Shown piece by piece: positions 25,750 through 38,800 of a stretch of DNA of 64,000 nucleotides (position 1 is its first letter; every line of letters starts with the position of its first letter). The notes beneath the pieces were generated by a model. That model worked only from the letters and a program-made list of their open reading frames with translations, was not told where the DNA came from and searched no databases. This DNA is from Mobula hypostoma. Taxonomy: Eukaryota. Where the stretch lies: positions 248,001 to 312,000 of the forward strand of contig NC_086097.1 of the NCBI RefSeq assembly GCF_963921235.1, given 5' to 3'. The position numbers and the translations under genes were made by a program.

Positions 25750-26500
25750 GGAAAAATGAGGAGAAAATCCAAAAATCTGAAATACAAAGGAATTTGGGAC
25801 TCCTTGTGCAAAACACCGTGAAGGTTAACTTGTAGGTTGAGTTGGTGGTGAGGAAGGCGTATGCAATGTTTGTATTCATTTCAAGAGGTGTAGAATGCAG
25901 GAACAGGGATGTGATGCTGAGGCTTTATAAGGCACTGGTGAGGCCTCATCTTGAGTACTGTGAACAGCTTTGGGCTGTTAGAAAAGATATGCTGGCATTG
26001 AAGAGGTCCAGAGGCTGTTCACAAGGATGATTCCAGGAATGAAAGGGTTGTTATATAACAGATATTTGATGGCTCTGGGTCTGTACCCGCTGGAATTTAA
26101 AGGATGAGGGGGGATCTCATTGAAACCTTTTGAATGTTGACAAGCCTAGACAAAGTAAATATGGAAAGAATGTTTCCCATGGTGGGGGAGTCTAGGACAA
26201 GAGGGCACAGCCTCAGGATAGAGGGGCGCCTATTTAAAACAGAGATGCAAAGAAATTTCTTTAGCCAGGGATGGTGAATTTGTGGAATTTATTACCACAG
26301 GCAACTGTAGAGGCCAGGTCATTCGGTGCGTTTAAGACAGAGATTGATAGGTTCTTGATTTGACATGGCATCAAAGGTTACAGGGAGAAGACCAGGGAAT
26401 GGGTTTGAGGAGGGGAGGAGAAAAACTGTGATTGAATGGTGGAGCAGACTTGATAGGCCAAATGGCATAATTCTGCTCCTTTGACCTATGGTCTTATGGT
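25750..26500 (+). mobile_element. CR1 3' end
   Basis: LYKALVRPHLEYCEQLW; ends tatggtcttatggt. Confidence 0.85.
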
Positions 26501-26509
26501 CATCAGTTG

Positions 26510-28075
26510 CCAGGCATGAGCAGATGCCAGAATCCCTGGGGGTGCCTTTACTTTTGACTCAGTTTGCTCTCCTGCTTTCACAAAACTGATGGTTTGATTG
26601 CAAGTTTGAGCTTGTTTACTGTTAATGTTTCTTAAGAAGATTGCTTCCGCAAGGGTCTTCTATACCTGGTCATTTCTTCAGCAGTATCGGCCCCCTCCAT
26701 AAGCTTTTGGGCAGCAGCTCAGGATGTGCTACAAGGTTCCTCTCCTGGAACACAACAGACAGCCTGTGGCATCAGCCTTCCCCCAGCTATGCAGCTTGGC
26801 TGGACTGGGTAAGATGTCATACACTGCCTGGACAAGGAATGTGATTCGGGTTGGCTCTGCTCGCCAGAGATCAGTCCATGTCACTCTCCTTTCCATGGTC
26901 TGCTTCCACCTAGTCCAAACTCCCTGCTGCTGCTTGCCCACTGCCTCGATGGATCTCTCTTCATCTACATCTGTTCTCACATCCTCCTAGATGAGCTTGT
27001 GCTTCTCCCTCCCCTTAGTCCTGTCATACCTCGGGACCGGGCAGCTTCACAGTCCAGCTCTTCCTTGGGTCACCGCTCCCAACAGGACATTGCGGCACAG
27101 CTGAGATTCAACCTGCTGCAAGGCCTGTTCCGCTTTCCACTTTCTCCCGGTCTTCACAATGACCCCTGGCTGAGCCATCTTTGGGTCACTGGACTCCCTG
27201 TACTGCAGCACCTCTCCTCTCTAGCTCTTGTCACCTTGAACTGTTCCAAGGATTCCAAGGGCAGCGGCAGCTTGGTGTTCTTTCCAGAGAGGGTGATGCT
27301 GCTGACTTTTCTCTCTTGGCTCTCGACAGTGGAAACTGGAATTTCATATAATGCAGTGGCCAAAGAAACCTCAGTAGGATGCTGAGCAACACACACAAAA
27401 TGCTGGAGGAACTCAGCAGGCCAGGCAGCATCAATTGAAAAGAGTGCCGTTTCGGGCCGAAACACTTCGGCAGGACCCTTCGGTTATTCATGAAAGCTCT
27501 TATTGGTGGTTACCATACATACACCAGACTTGCAGCAAGGGCCGCGGCACTCTGATTCAGCAGAATTTGCAATAATATTCATTGCAAGGGCAAAGAGGGT
27601 CACAGGGATAATACAGCATGTGATGATCCCAATCTGCAGCCTGTACCACTCTGATGAAGCTTGGCCTGATGAAGCTAACATTCTGAAATGGTTGTAATAA
27701 TACAGAATGATGTTCCCCTGGAACGTGATGGTTGTCCATGGTAGTCCACACTAACTTGTGGGGGATTGATCCATAGGCATTGGCCAGGTCAAGCCAGAAA
27801 ACCATCTGTTCTTCTGCGCCTCTTGAGTGAGTTGGGTCACCACTCCTGTATGCTGCAAACACCTGGGCATTCCTAGAGTACCTCCCTTCTGCACAAATGT
27901 ATAGCAACCATTCCTGGAGCAGAAAGCTGCCAGCCGCCTTGCGACTATGCTGAAAATTATCTTTCCTTCAACACGGCAATAAGATGATCTTGAACTGGTC
28001 GATGTTCTTGTAGTGTTTCAGGATGCCATCAGCAAATTTCCACTGCTCAGCCACTTTTCCTGTCTGTGAGTAGTT
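26510..28075 (-). mobile_element. HERO-like non-LTR retrotransposon, RT and zinc-knuckle region, degenerate
   Basis: VFWLDLANAYGSIPHKLVW (RT); QQQGVWTRW...FLVQAVYDILPSPAKLHSWGK...CLLCSRRGTL. Interrupted by a PLE module at ~27385-27478. Confidence 0.78.
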
Positions 28076-28264
28076 GGGACAGTGCCTTTCCCAGAGTTTC
28101 ATTCTGAGAATCATCCTCATGAACCTTCTCTGGGCTCTCTCCAATTACATCCTTTCTGAGATTTGGAACTCAAAACTGTTGACAGTACTCTTAAGTGCAG
28201 CCTGATTAGTGTCTTATAAAGCCTCAGCATTATCTCCTTGCTCTTATATTCTATTTCCCTTGAA

Positions 28265-30350
28265 ATAAGATAAGATAAAACTTTATTTATCCTGAAGGAA
28301 ATTATTGTTGCAAGGTTGCTCAGTCAGAAATATAAACTTTAAAATACAAAATGTAAGCATTGAGGTAAAAAAAAACAAAATGTGCATTAAAAGTAATAGT
28401 GCAAAATACAGATGTGCAATGAAACCATATACTTAAGGAAGAGGAGTTGTAGAGTCTTTATAGCCACAGGGAGAAAGGATCTCCAGTGTCATTCAGTGGT
28501 ACACCTCAGTGGAATCGGTCTGGTATTAAAGTTGCTCTTCTGTTTGTCCAGTATGTCATGGAGTGGGTGAGAGGGATTGTCCATAATGCTCTGTAGCTTC
28601 TGCAGCATCCTCCTCTGAGACACAGCCACCAGGGAATCCAGTTCCACCTCCAGAACAGAACCAGCCTTCCTGATGAGCTTATCGATCTTCTTGCATCAGC
28701 TGCTCTCATTGTGCTGCCCCAGCAGACTACAGTGTAGAATGGAAGGTTGGCCAAACTGAGTTGGAGAATATCTGCAGCACAGCACTGGAGACCTTGAATG
28801 ACTGGAACCTCCTCAGGAAGTACAGTCGGCTCTGTCCCTTGTACAGAGCCCCCATGTTTTTAGTCCAGTCTGATTTATTGTCCAGGTGAGTTCCCAGGTA
28901 TTTGTAGTTCTGGACAACTTCCACATCCGTTTCCTTGATGGAGATGGAAATACAGAGTGTTTTCATCTTCCTTATGTAACGTTCCATTATATTGGCTCGT
29001 GTATGTCTAGGGGAAATCCAGCCCAGCACCCGCCTCAACACTCCCCACAGGGTTGGTCGCCACCCGAATCAATCACAAACATCAATCATCAGCCAGCACA
29101 CCCAGTAAATTTTAACAAATACACTTTATAGATATTACTAATTCTATGACATTAATATACATTTGATACAGAGAGGAAAGTAATGAAAAAAAAAGGCGCC
29201 AACACTTATCAAAGTCCAAGTTCTTCGCGCGCTACTGTTGGAGCTCAATTCGACTTCAGATGACCACCCGAATTCCGTCGACTCACGGGTCGGGACCACC
29301 CTGAGTGATTGACCGGAGCCTCTCCACACGTCCGCGGTCCTCCTCGTCTCTCCTCCGACTCCCCGCCAAAACTCAGTCCACAGTCATACCATACAGCATG
29401 GTATCCGAAAACAAAACGATACATAACCACCCATTGGCTAATAGAAGGCTGCTATCTCAATTTAAAGTAAAACAAACTGCTAGCGCAAACTCTCTTCAGC
29501 GTTAAAGCACAACAAAGCCGCATTCCCCAGATTAACATAACAAAGTCGCCATTTTAAATGTAACAAAAGAAAGACCCCGTACACTTAAATCCATAACCCT
29601 GAGGACAGTCCCCTGAGGTGCCCTGTGCTGCTAACCACAGTATCTGATACACAGCCCTGCAATCTCACATATTGTGGCTGTCTGGACAGGTAGTCTGAAA
29701 TCCAGGACATTGTGGAGCATCCACCTGCATCTCCATGAGCTTATTCCCTGGTAAAGCAGGTCATATGGTGTTAAAAATACTGCAGAAATCAAAAGACCAT
29801 GATTCTGACAGTGCTGCCTTGCTCATCCAGATGGGTGTAAGCACGTTGAAGCAGGAAGATAATGATTTCTTAACTTGTGAGGTCAGTGCCACTGGTCCAT
29901 AGTCACTGGGCATGGTGGGACATGTCTTCTTGGGTGCTGGAACTAGGCAGGATGTTTTCCACAGCACAGGGACCTGCTCTAGGCTCAAGTTTAGATTAAG
30001 ATGTATTGAAAGACTACACTCAGCTGAATAGCACACACCTTGGGCTAATGCCGTCCGGGCCTACAGCCTTACCTGTGTGGTCTGCTGTGCTTTCTCCTTA
30101 CCTGCTCAGCAGTGACAGTCAATGTGTCTGGTCGTTAGCTCTCCATTGTCATTGGAGAGAGATGGAGGGTGAAGGCTGAGAGAGGAGGAGCTGGGGGGTG
30201 GATGGCTGTAGAAGGGTAAACAGAAACCTCCTCATCAAAGCTGTTGAAAAACCTGTTTAACTCATTGGCTATGTCCCAGTCCCCTTCAATCACCCAGTCT
30301 CTGGTCTTTTTGTATCCTGCGATCATTTTCATACCATTTCACACATCTTT
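28265..30350 (-). mobile_element. Rex1/Babar LINE, degenerate, split by a solo LTR
   Basis: VPVLWKTSCLVPAPKK, YKYLGTHLDNKSDW, KGQSRLYFLRR; ataag-repeat tail at ~28265. Confidence 0.82.
28975..29583. mobile_element. Solo LTR, probably Gypsy-type, 609 bp
   Basis: TG...CA termini (tgtaacg / cgtaca) with a 4-bp TSD ctta at 28971-28974 and 29584-29587. Confidence 0.78.
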
Positions 30351-30499
30351 TGGTTGAACTCCATCTGCTACTTCTCAGCCCACCTCTCCATCCTGTCAAT
30401 GTCGTGTTACAGCCTGCAGCAACCCTCCACATTATCCACAAGTTCATCTACCTTGATGTCATCTGCAAACTTACTAACCTGTCCTTTCACTTCCTCATA

Positions 30500-31075
30500 C
30501 GAGAATGAATCAGAATCAGGTTCATTAGCACCGGCACGTGACGTGAAATCTGTTAACTTATCAGCAGCAGTTCAATGCAACACATAATCCAGCAGAGAGA
30601 GAGAAAAAAATAATAAATAAAATAAAACATAATAAATAAACAAGTAAATCAATTATGTATATTGAATCGATTTTTTAAAATGTGCAAAAACAGAAATACT
30701 GTATATTTTAAAAAAATAGTGAGGTAGTGTCCAAAGCTTCAACGTCCATTTAGGAATCGGATGGCAGAGGGGAAGAAGCTGTTCCTGAATCACTCAGTGT
30801 GTGACTTCAGGCTTTTGTATCTCCTACCTGATGGTAACAATGGGAAAAGGGCATGCCCTGGGTGCTGGAGGTCCTTCATAATGGACGCTGCCCTTCTGAG
30901 ACAATGCTCCCTTAAGGTGTCCTGGGTATTTTGCAGGCTAGTGCCCAAGATGGAGCTGAGTAGATGTACAGCCTTCTGCAGCTTCTTTCGGTCCTGTGCA
31001 GTAACCCCTCCATACCAGACAGTAATGCAGCCTGTCAGAATGCTCTCCATGGTACAACTATAGAAGTTTTTGAGT
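30500..31075 (-). mobile_element. Rex1/Babar 3' end with (ctgatt)n tail
   Basis: ESILTGCITVWYGG...RRAASIMKDLQHPGHALFPLLPSGRRY. Confidence 0.82.
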
Positions 31076-32055
31076 GAATGAGAGGGTTACTGTATGAGGA
31101 ACATCTGGCAGCTCTTGGGCTGTATTCCCTGGAGTTCAGGAGAATGGGGAGGGATCTCATAGAAACATTCTGAATGTTAAAAGGCCTGACCAGATTAGAT
31201 ATGGCAAAGTTATTTCCCATGGTGGGGGATTCTAAGACAAGAGGGAGCAACTTCAGGATTGAAGGACGTCCTTTTAGAACTGAGACGCAAAGAAATTACT
31301 TTAGTCAGAGGGTGATAAATCTGTGGAATTTGTTGCCACGAGTGGCTGTGGAGGCCAAGACACTGGGTGTATTTAAGGCAGAGATAGATAATCGGGGCAT
31401 CATAGCGTATGGGGTGAAAGCAGGGGAGTGGGGATGACTGGAAGAATTGGATCAGCCATGATTGAATGGCGGAGCAGACTCGATGGGCTGAATGGCCTAC
31501 TTCTGCTGCTATATCTTATGGTCTTATGGTCTCATCCAAGTCATTTATAAAAATCACAAAGAGTGGGGGTCCCAGTGCAGATCCCAGCGGAACACAACCG
31601 GTCACCGACCTCCAGGCAGAGTGTTTGTTCCTCATTTCACTTTTGGAATTCTAACTTGCAATGTTGAATCCTGGTTTTATGTAATCGCATAACGAAAATA
31701 GTTTCCCAAATGTAGCTTAACAGCAAATTGATAATGTTAAATAATTCCGAAGTTTTCTTTAATTCCAAAGCTTTCCAAGTAAAGCTCCAATCTGTACATT
31801 GTGATGCCATCCTTATTTATCTTTTCCATTTTCTTCAGTGTTTTAATTTCCTTCTATAACATAGACTTGAATCTGATTTGACCAGTGTTCTTGTATATTT
31901 TAAAATCATTATTTTTAACTTGTGTGTCTCAGAATAAATTCTAGAATTTTATTTGCTTTTTAATTGTTTTCTTGACCAGAATTGATACTTTTAATGTGTC
32001 ATTTACCCCAAACTTTTTTTATGTATGCGTTCAGTTCTTGCTTTCCTGTTTGCAG

Positions 32056-32160
32056 ATGCTAATTGGATTAGCAGGATATTTGACTGGATATGATGGCACT
32101 TTTCCCTTTAAGAAACCTGGAGACAAGTATGAACACCACCATTACTATGGCATGAGAGCG
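32056..32160 (+). CDS. POMT2: POMT2 internal coding exon (equivalent to human exon 3), 105 nt: [35 protein letters not shown]
   Basis: Acceptor ctttcctgtttgcag and donor GCG|gtaagg, phase 0/0. Close to human [35 protein letters not shown] (recalled). Confidence 0.96.
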
Positions 32161-32260
32161 GTAAGGAATGTAGGTTGAACTGATGGCCAGAATATTCTTA
32201 GGATATAGAAGGTTCAGATTTATTCGTCATGTGCACTTCGAAACATACAGTGAAATGTAT

Positions 32261-33979
32261 GCAACACACATAAAAGTTGCTGGTGAACGCAGCAGGCCAG
32301 GCAGCATCTCCAGGAAGAGGTGCAGTTGACGTTTCAGGCCGAGACCCTTCGTCAGGACTAACTGAAGGAAGAGTGAGTAAGGGATTTGAAAGTTGGAGGG
32401 GGAGGGGGAGATCCAAAATGATAGGAGAAGACAGGGGGGGGAGGGATGGAGCCAAGAGCTGGACAGGTAATAGGCAAAAGGGATACAAGAGGATCATGAG
32501 ACAGGAGGTCCGGGAAGAAAGACAAGCGGGGGGGAACCCAGAGGATGGGCAAGCGGTATATTCAGAGGGACAGAGGGAGAAAAAGGAGAGTGAGAGAAAG
32601 AATGTGCGTATAAAAATAAGTAACAGATGGGGTACGAGGGGGAGGTGGGACATTAGCGGAAGTTAGAGAAGTCGATGTTCATGCCATCAGGTTGGAAGCT
32701 ACCCAGACGGAATATAAGGTGTTGTTCCTCCAACCTGAGTGTGGCTTCATCTTTTCAGTAGAGGAGGCCGTGGATAGACATTTCAGAATGGGAATGGGAT
32801 GTGGAATTAAAATGTGTGGCCACTGGGTGATCCTGCTTTCTCTGGCGGACAGAGCGTAGGTGTTCAGCAAAGCGGTCTCCCAGTCTGCGTCGGGTCTCAC
32901 CAATATATAAAAGGCCACATCGGGAGCACCGGACGCAGTATATCACCCCAGCCGACTCACAGGTGAAGTGTTGCCTCAGCTGGAAGGACTGTTTGGGGCC
33001 CTGAATGGTGGTAAGGGAGGAAGTGTAAGGGCATGTGTAGCACTTGTTCCGCTTACACGGATAAGTGCCAGGAGGGAGATCAATGGGGAGGGATGGGGGG
33101 GGGACGAATGGACAAGGGAGTCGCATAGGGAGCGACCCCTGCGGAATGCAGAGAGAGGGGGGGGAGGGAAAGATGTGCTTAGTGATGGGATCCCGTTGGA
33201 GGTGGCAGAAGTTACGGAGAATAATATGTTGGACCCGGAGGCTGGTGGGGTGGTAGGTGAGGACCAGGGCAACCCTATTCCTAGTGGGGTGGTGGGAGGA
33301 TGGAGTGAGAGCAGATGTACGTGAAATGGGGGAGATGCGTTTAAGAGCAGAGTTGATAGTGGAGGAAGGGAAGCCCCTTTCTTTAAAAAAGGAAGACATC
33401 TCCCTCGTCCTAGAATGAAAAGCCTCAACCTGAGAGCAGATGCGGCGGAGATGGAAAAATTGCGAGAAGGGGATGGCGTTTTTGCAAGAGACAGGGTGAG
33501 AAGAGGAATAGTCCAGATAGCTGTGAGAGTCAGTGGGCTTATAGTAGACATCAGTAGATTAATTCCGCTCTGACTAATCAGTTCCCCTCTACCACCACTC
33601 TGTTCTGTCTAGCGGAATTAGTCCTTACTCTTAATAATTTCTCCTTTGGCACCTCCCACTTCCTCCAAACTAAAGGTGTAGCTATGGGCACCCGTATGGG
33701 TCCTAGCTATGCCTGCCTTTTTGTTGGGTTTGTCTATGTTCCGTGCCTGTTCTGGTATCTGTCCCCCATTTTTCCTTCGCTACATAGACGACTGCATTGG
33801 CGCTGCTTCCTGCACGCATGCAGAGCTCGTTGACTTTATTAACTTTGCCTCCAACTTTCACCCTGCCCTCAAGTTTACCTTGTCCATTTCCGACACCTCC
33901 CTCCCCGTTCTAGATCTTTCTGTCTCTGTCTCTGGAGACAGCTTATCCACTGATGTCTACTATAAGCCCACTGACTCTC
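32261..33979 (-). mobile_element. Penelope-like element: RT C-terminus, GIY-YIG and 3' region on the minus strand (32261-33560), with its 5' RT segment inverted on the plus strand (~33570-33979)
   Basis: ORF 32755-33399: FTCESAGVIYCVRCSRCGLLYIGETRRRLGDRFAEH (GIY-YIG). Plus strand: GVAMGTRMGPSYA and RYIDDCIG (PLE RT). A 31-nt overlap is present in both orientations (33525-33555, 33949-33979). Confidence 0.9.
32323..32361 (-). ncRNA. Minimal type I hammerhead ribozyme motif (core intact, one mismatch in helix I)
   Basis: Reverse complement: ttagtc CTGACGA agggtctcggcct GAAA cg TC aactg. Confidence 0.68.
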
Positions 33980-34575
33980 TTCCTTTTGATTCGAAACGCC
34001 TTAAGCAGGTCTCTAACCCGATCGTTAAATATGCTTTGCGTATTTGGTTTCAATTCAGAAAATTTTTTGATCTTAATCAATTCGGGTTAGCGATTCCTAT
34101 TTTAGGTAACATATTTTTTCCTCCCTCTTTTACGGATCGCGCTTTTCAAACTTGGAAGACTAAGGGTATTTTACGGTTTTTGGATTTATTTTTAGATGGT
34201 TCCCTTATGTCTTTTGAACAATTATCTAATAAATATAACTTATCAAGAATACATTTTTTTAGATATTTACAAGTTAGAAATTTCCTAAGTACTATACTTT
34301 CTTCCTTTCCAATGCTTCCTCCTATATATATTTTAGATTCGATAATTAACCTTAATCCATGTCAGAAAGGTGCATCGGCTATGATTTATAATATTATTAT
34401 GAAACTTAGGAAAGCTCCATTTGATAAGATTAGGGTAGATTGGGAACAGGAATTGGGGCTTACCATTTCTGTGGATGATTGGGGGCAGATTTTACAATTA
34501 GTTAATACTTCCTCTATTTGTGCTAAACATTCCCTAATTCAATTTAAAGTGGTTCATAGAGCACATATGTCCAAA
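33980..34575 (+). mobile_element. L1-clade ORF2 C-terminal fragment, AT-rich, open frame
   Basis: NPIVKYALRIWFQFRK, FQTWKTKGI, SFEQLSNKYNL, FFRYLQVRNF, CAKHSLIQFKVVHR resemble the post-RT region of fish L1 ORF2. Confidence 0.78.
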
Positions 34576-34579
34576 TGTC

Positions 34580-35840
34580 CATTTTAGATCCTTTCTCATT
34601 TCTTCACATTTGGCCTTTTTCCAGTTTAGAACCTCAACCCGAGGACCAGATCGATCTTTATCCATGATCAAGTTGAAACTAATGGTGTTATGATCACTGG
34701 AACCAAAGTGTTCCCTGACACACACTTCCATCACCTGTTCTAACTCATTTCCTAATATTGCATCCCCTCTTGTTGGTACCTCTATATATTGATATAGAAA
34801 ATTTTCCTGAACACATTTTACAAACTCTAACTCGTCTAGACCTTTAACAGTGTGGGAATCCCAATCAATATGTGAAAAATTAAAGCAACACTCACAACAC
34901 GCTGGAGGAACTAAGCAGGTCAGGCAGCATCCGTGGAAACGTTGACTGATGGTTTCCACGGATGCTGTCTGACCTGATGAGTTCCTCCAGCATGTTGTGA
35001 GTGTTGCTTTGACCCTAGCATCTGCAGAGTATTTTGTGTTGTGGAAAATTAAAATCCCCTACTATCACAACTTTATGTTTCCTGCAGTTGTCTGCTATCT
35101 CTCTGCAGATTTGGTCCTCCAATTCTCACTGACTATTGGGTGGTCTATAATACAACCCTGTTAACATGGTCATACCTTTCCTGTTTCTCAGCTCCACCCA
35201 TATGGCCTCGGTAGACAAGCCCTCTAATCTGTCCTGCCTGAACACTGCTGTAACATTTTCCCTGACTAGCAATGCCACCCCCCCCCCACGCTTCATTCCT
35301 CTGCCTCTGTCACGTCTGAAATATCGGAACCCTGGAACATTAAGCTGCCAGTCCTGTCCCTCCTGTAGCAGAGTTTCAGTAATGGCTATAATGTCGTAAT
35401 TCCATGGGTCAATCCACGCCCTCAGCTCGTCAGCCTTCCCCACAATACTCCTTGCATTGAAATAGCCTCACCTCAGAAGATTATTACCACTACACACAAC
35501 ACTTCTATTTGTGACTTTGCATGAACTTCTAACATCATTTATTTTCACCCCAGCCACACTGTCAGCTCTGGCACTCTGGTTCCCATCCCCCTGCAAATCT
35601 AGTTTAAACCCTCCCCAATAGCACTAACAAACCTCCCTGAAAGGATATTGGTCCCCCTATAGTTCAAGTGTAACCCGTCTCTCTTGTACAGGTCCCACTT
35701 GCCCCAGAAGAGGTCCCAATGATCCTGAAATCTGAAACCCTGCCCCCTACACCAGTTCCTCAGCCACGTGTTCATCCGCCAGAGCATCCTATTCCTACCC
35801 TCACTGGCACGTGGCACAGGTAGCAATCCTGAGATTACCA
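34580..35840 (-). mobile_element. CR1 fragment (ORF1 esterase end and APE)
   Basis: VISGLLPVPRASE...DGLHLN; IAITETLLQE; same subfamily as 38195-39262. Confidence 0.88.
34882..35039. repeat. Fold-back insertion of the PLE 3' module: 59-bp inverted arms with an 11-nt loop
   Basis: Arms 34882-34940 and 34952-35010; 14-bp TSD tgtg(a/g)aaaattaaa at 34871-34884 and 35040-35053. Confidence 0.88.
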
Positions 35841-38800
35841 CCCCCGGTCAAAATTTCTGTTACTGTGAATAGCTAAGTGAGTAAAAGATGAACTGATTTC
35901 CAAAAGGCATAAAGTTGAAGATGACACATTTCTTTAATATTTTAAGCAAGAAAACTTTTTTATTTCCATCTTTTACAGTTTCAAAATAACAAAAAAAGGA
36001 AAAGGGCCCAAAGCAAAAGTTTGGGCAGCCTGCATGGCAGTACTTAGTAACACCCATAGAAACCATAGAAACTACAGCACAGAAACAGGCCTTTTGGCCC
36101 TTCTTGGCTGTGCCGAACCATTTTCTGCCTAGTCCCACTGACCTGCACACGGACCATATCCCTCCATACACCTCTCATCCATGTATCTGTCCAATTTATT
36201 CTTAAATGTTAAAAAAGAACCCGCATTTACCACCTCGTCTGGCAGCTCATTCCATACTCCCACCACTCTCTGTGTGAAGAAGCCCCCCCAATGTTCCCTT
36301 TAAACTTTTCCCCCCTCACCCTTAACCCATGTCCTCTGGTTTTTTTCTCCCCTTGCCTCAGTGGAAAAAGCCTGCTTGCATTCACTCTATCAATACCCAT
36401 CATAATCTTATATACCTCTATCAAATCTCCCCTCATTCTTCTACGCTCCAGGGAATAAAGTTCTAACCTATTCAACCTTTCTCTGTAACTGAGTTTCTCA
36501 AGTCCCGACATCCTTGTAAACCTTCTCTGCACTCTTTCAACCTTATTTATATCCTTCCTGTAGTTTGGTGACCAAAACTGAACACAATACTCCAGATTCG
36601 GCCTCACCAATGCCTTATACAACCTCATCATAATATTCCAGCTCTTATACTCAATACTTTGATTAATAAAGGCCAATGTACCAAAAGCTCTCTTTACGGC
36701 CCTATCTACCTGTGACGCTACTTTTAGGGAATTTTGTACCTGTATTCCCAGATCCCTCTGTTCCACTGCACTCCTCAGTGCCTTACCTTTAACCCTGTAT
36801 GTTCTACCTTGGTTTGTCCTTCCAACATGCAATACCTCACACTTGTCTGTATTAAATGCCATCTGCCATTTTTCAGCCCATTTTTCCAGCTGGTCCAAGT
36901 CCCTCTGCAGGCTCTGAAAACCTTCCTCACTGTCTACTACACCTCCAATCTTTGTATCATCAGGAAATTTGCTGATCCAATTTACCACATTATCATCCAG
37001 ATCATTGCTATAGATGACAAATAACAATGGACCCAGCACTGATCCCTGTGGCACACCACTAGTCACAGGCCTCCAATCAGAGAAGCAATTCTCTACTACC
37101 ACTCTTTGGCTTCTTCCATTGAGCCAATGTCTAATCCAATTTACCACCTCTCCATGTATACCTCGTGACTGAATTTTCCTAACTAACCTCCCATGCAGGA
37201 CCTTGTCAAAGGCCTTACTGAAGTCCATGTAGACAATATCCACTGCCTTCCCTTCATCCACTTTCCTGGTAATCTCCTCGAAAAACTCCAATAGATTAGT
37301 CAAACATGACCTACCACGCACAAAGCCATGTTGACTCTCCCTAATAAGTCCCTGTCTATCCAAATGCTTGTAGATTCTGTCTCTTAGTACTCCCTCCAAT
37401 AACTTACCTACTACCGACGTTAAACTTACTGGCCTATAATTTCCTGGATTACTTTTCGATCCTTTTTTAAACAACAGAACAACATGAGCCACTCTGCAAT
37501 CCTCCGGCACTTCACCCATAGACAGCGACATTTTAAATATTTCTGCCAGGGCCCCTGCAATTTCAACACTAGTCTCCTTCAAGGTCCGAGGGAACACCCT
37601 GTCAGGTCCCGGGGATTTATCCACTTTAATTTTCCTCAAGACAGCATGGACCTCCTCCTTTTTGAACTGTACAGTTTCCATGATCTCACTACTTGTTTCC
37701 CTTAATTCCATAGACTTCATGCCAGTTTCCTTAGTAAATACAGACGCAAAAAACCTATTTAAGATCTCCCCCATTTCCTTTGGTTCCGCACATACCCGAC
37801 CACTCTGATCTTCAAGAGGACCAATTTTATCCCTTACAATCCTTTTGCTCTTAATATACCTGTAAAAGCTCTTTGGATTATCCTTCACTTTGACTGCCAA
37901 GGCAACCCCATGTCTTCTTTTAGCTCTCCTGATTTCTTTCTTAAGTATTTTCTTGCACTTCTTATACTCCTCAAGCACCTTATTTACTCCCTGCTTCCTA
38001 TACGTCATACAACTCCCTCTTCTTCTTTATCAGAGTTGCAATATCCCTTGAGAACCAAGGTTCCTTATTCCTATTCACTTTGCCTTTAATCCTGACAGGA
38101 ACATACAAATTCTGTACTCTCAAAATTTCTCTTTTGAAGGCTTCCCACCTACTGAACACATCCTTGCCAGAGAACAACCTGTCCCAATCCACTCTTTTTA
38201 GAACCTTTCTCATTTCTTCAAATTTGGCCTTCTTCCAGTTCAGAACCTCAACCCTAGGACCAGATCTATCCTGGTCTTTGATCAAGTTGAAACTAATGGT
38301 GTTATAATCACTGGAACCAAAGTGCTCCCCTACAGAGACTTCTGTCACTTGTCCTAACTCGTTTCCTAACAGGAGATCCAATATTGCATCCCCTCCAGTT
38401 GGTCCCTCTATATATTGATTTAGAAAACTTTCCTGAACACACTTTACAAACTCTAAACCATCTGGACCCCTAACAGTATGGGAGACCCAATCGATATATG
38501 GAAAATTAAAATCCCCTACCACCATAACTTTATGTTTCCTGCAGTTGCCTGCTATCTCTCTGCAGATTTGCTCTTCCAATTCTCGTTGACTATTGGTTGG
38601 TCTGTAATACAATCCCACTAATGTGGCCATACCTTTCCTGTTTCTCAGCTCCACCCATAAGGACTCAGTAGACAAGCCCTCAAATCTGTCCTGCCTGAGC
38701 ACTGCTGTAATATTTTCCCTAACAAGCAATGCTACTCCCCCACGTTTCATTCCTCTGCCTCGATCACATCTGAAACATCGGAACCCTGGAATATTAAGCT

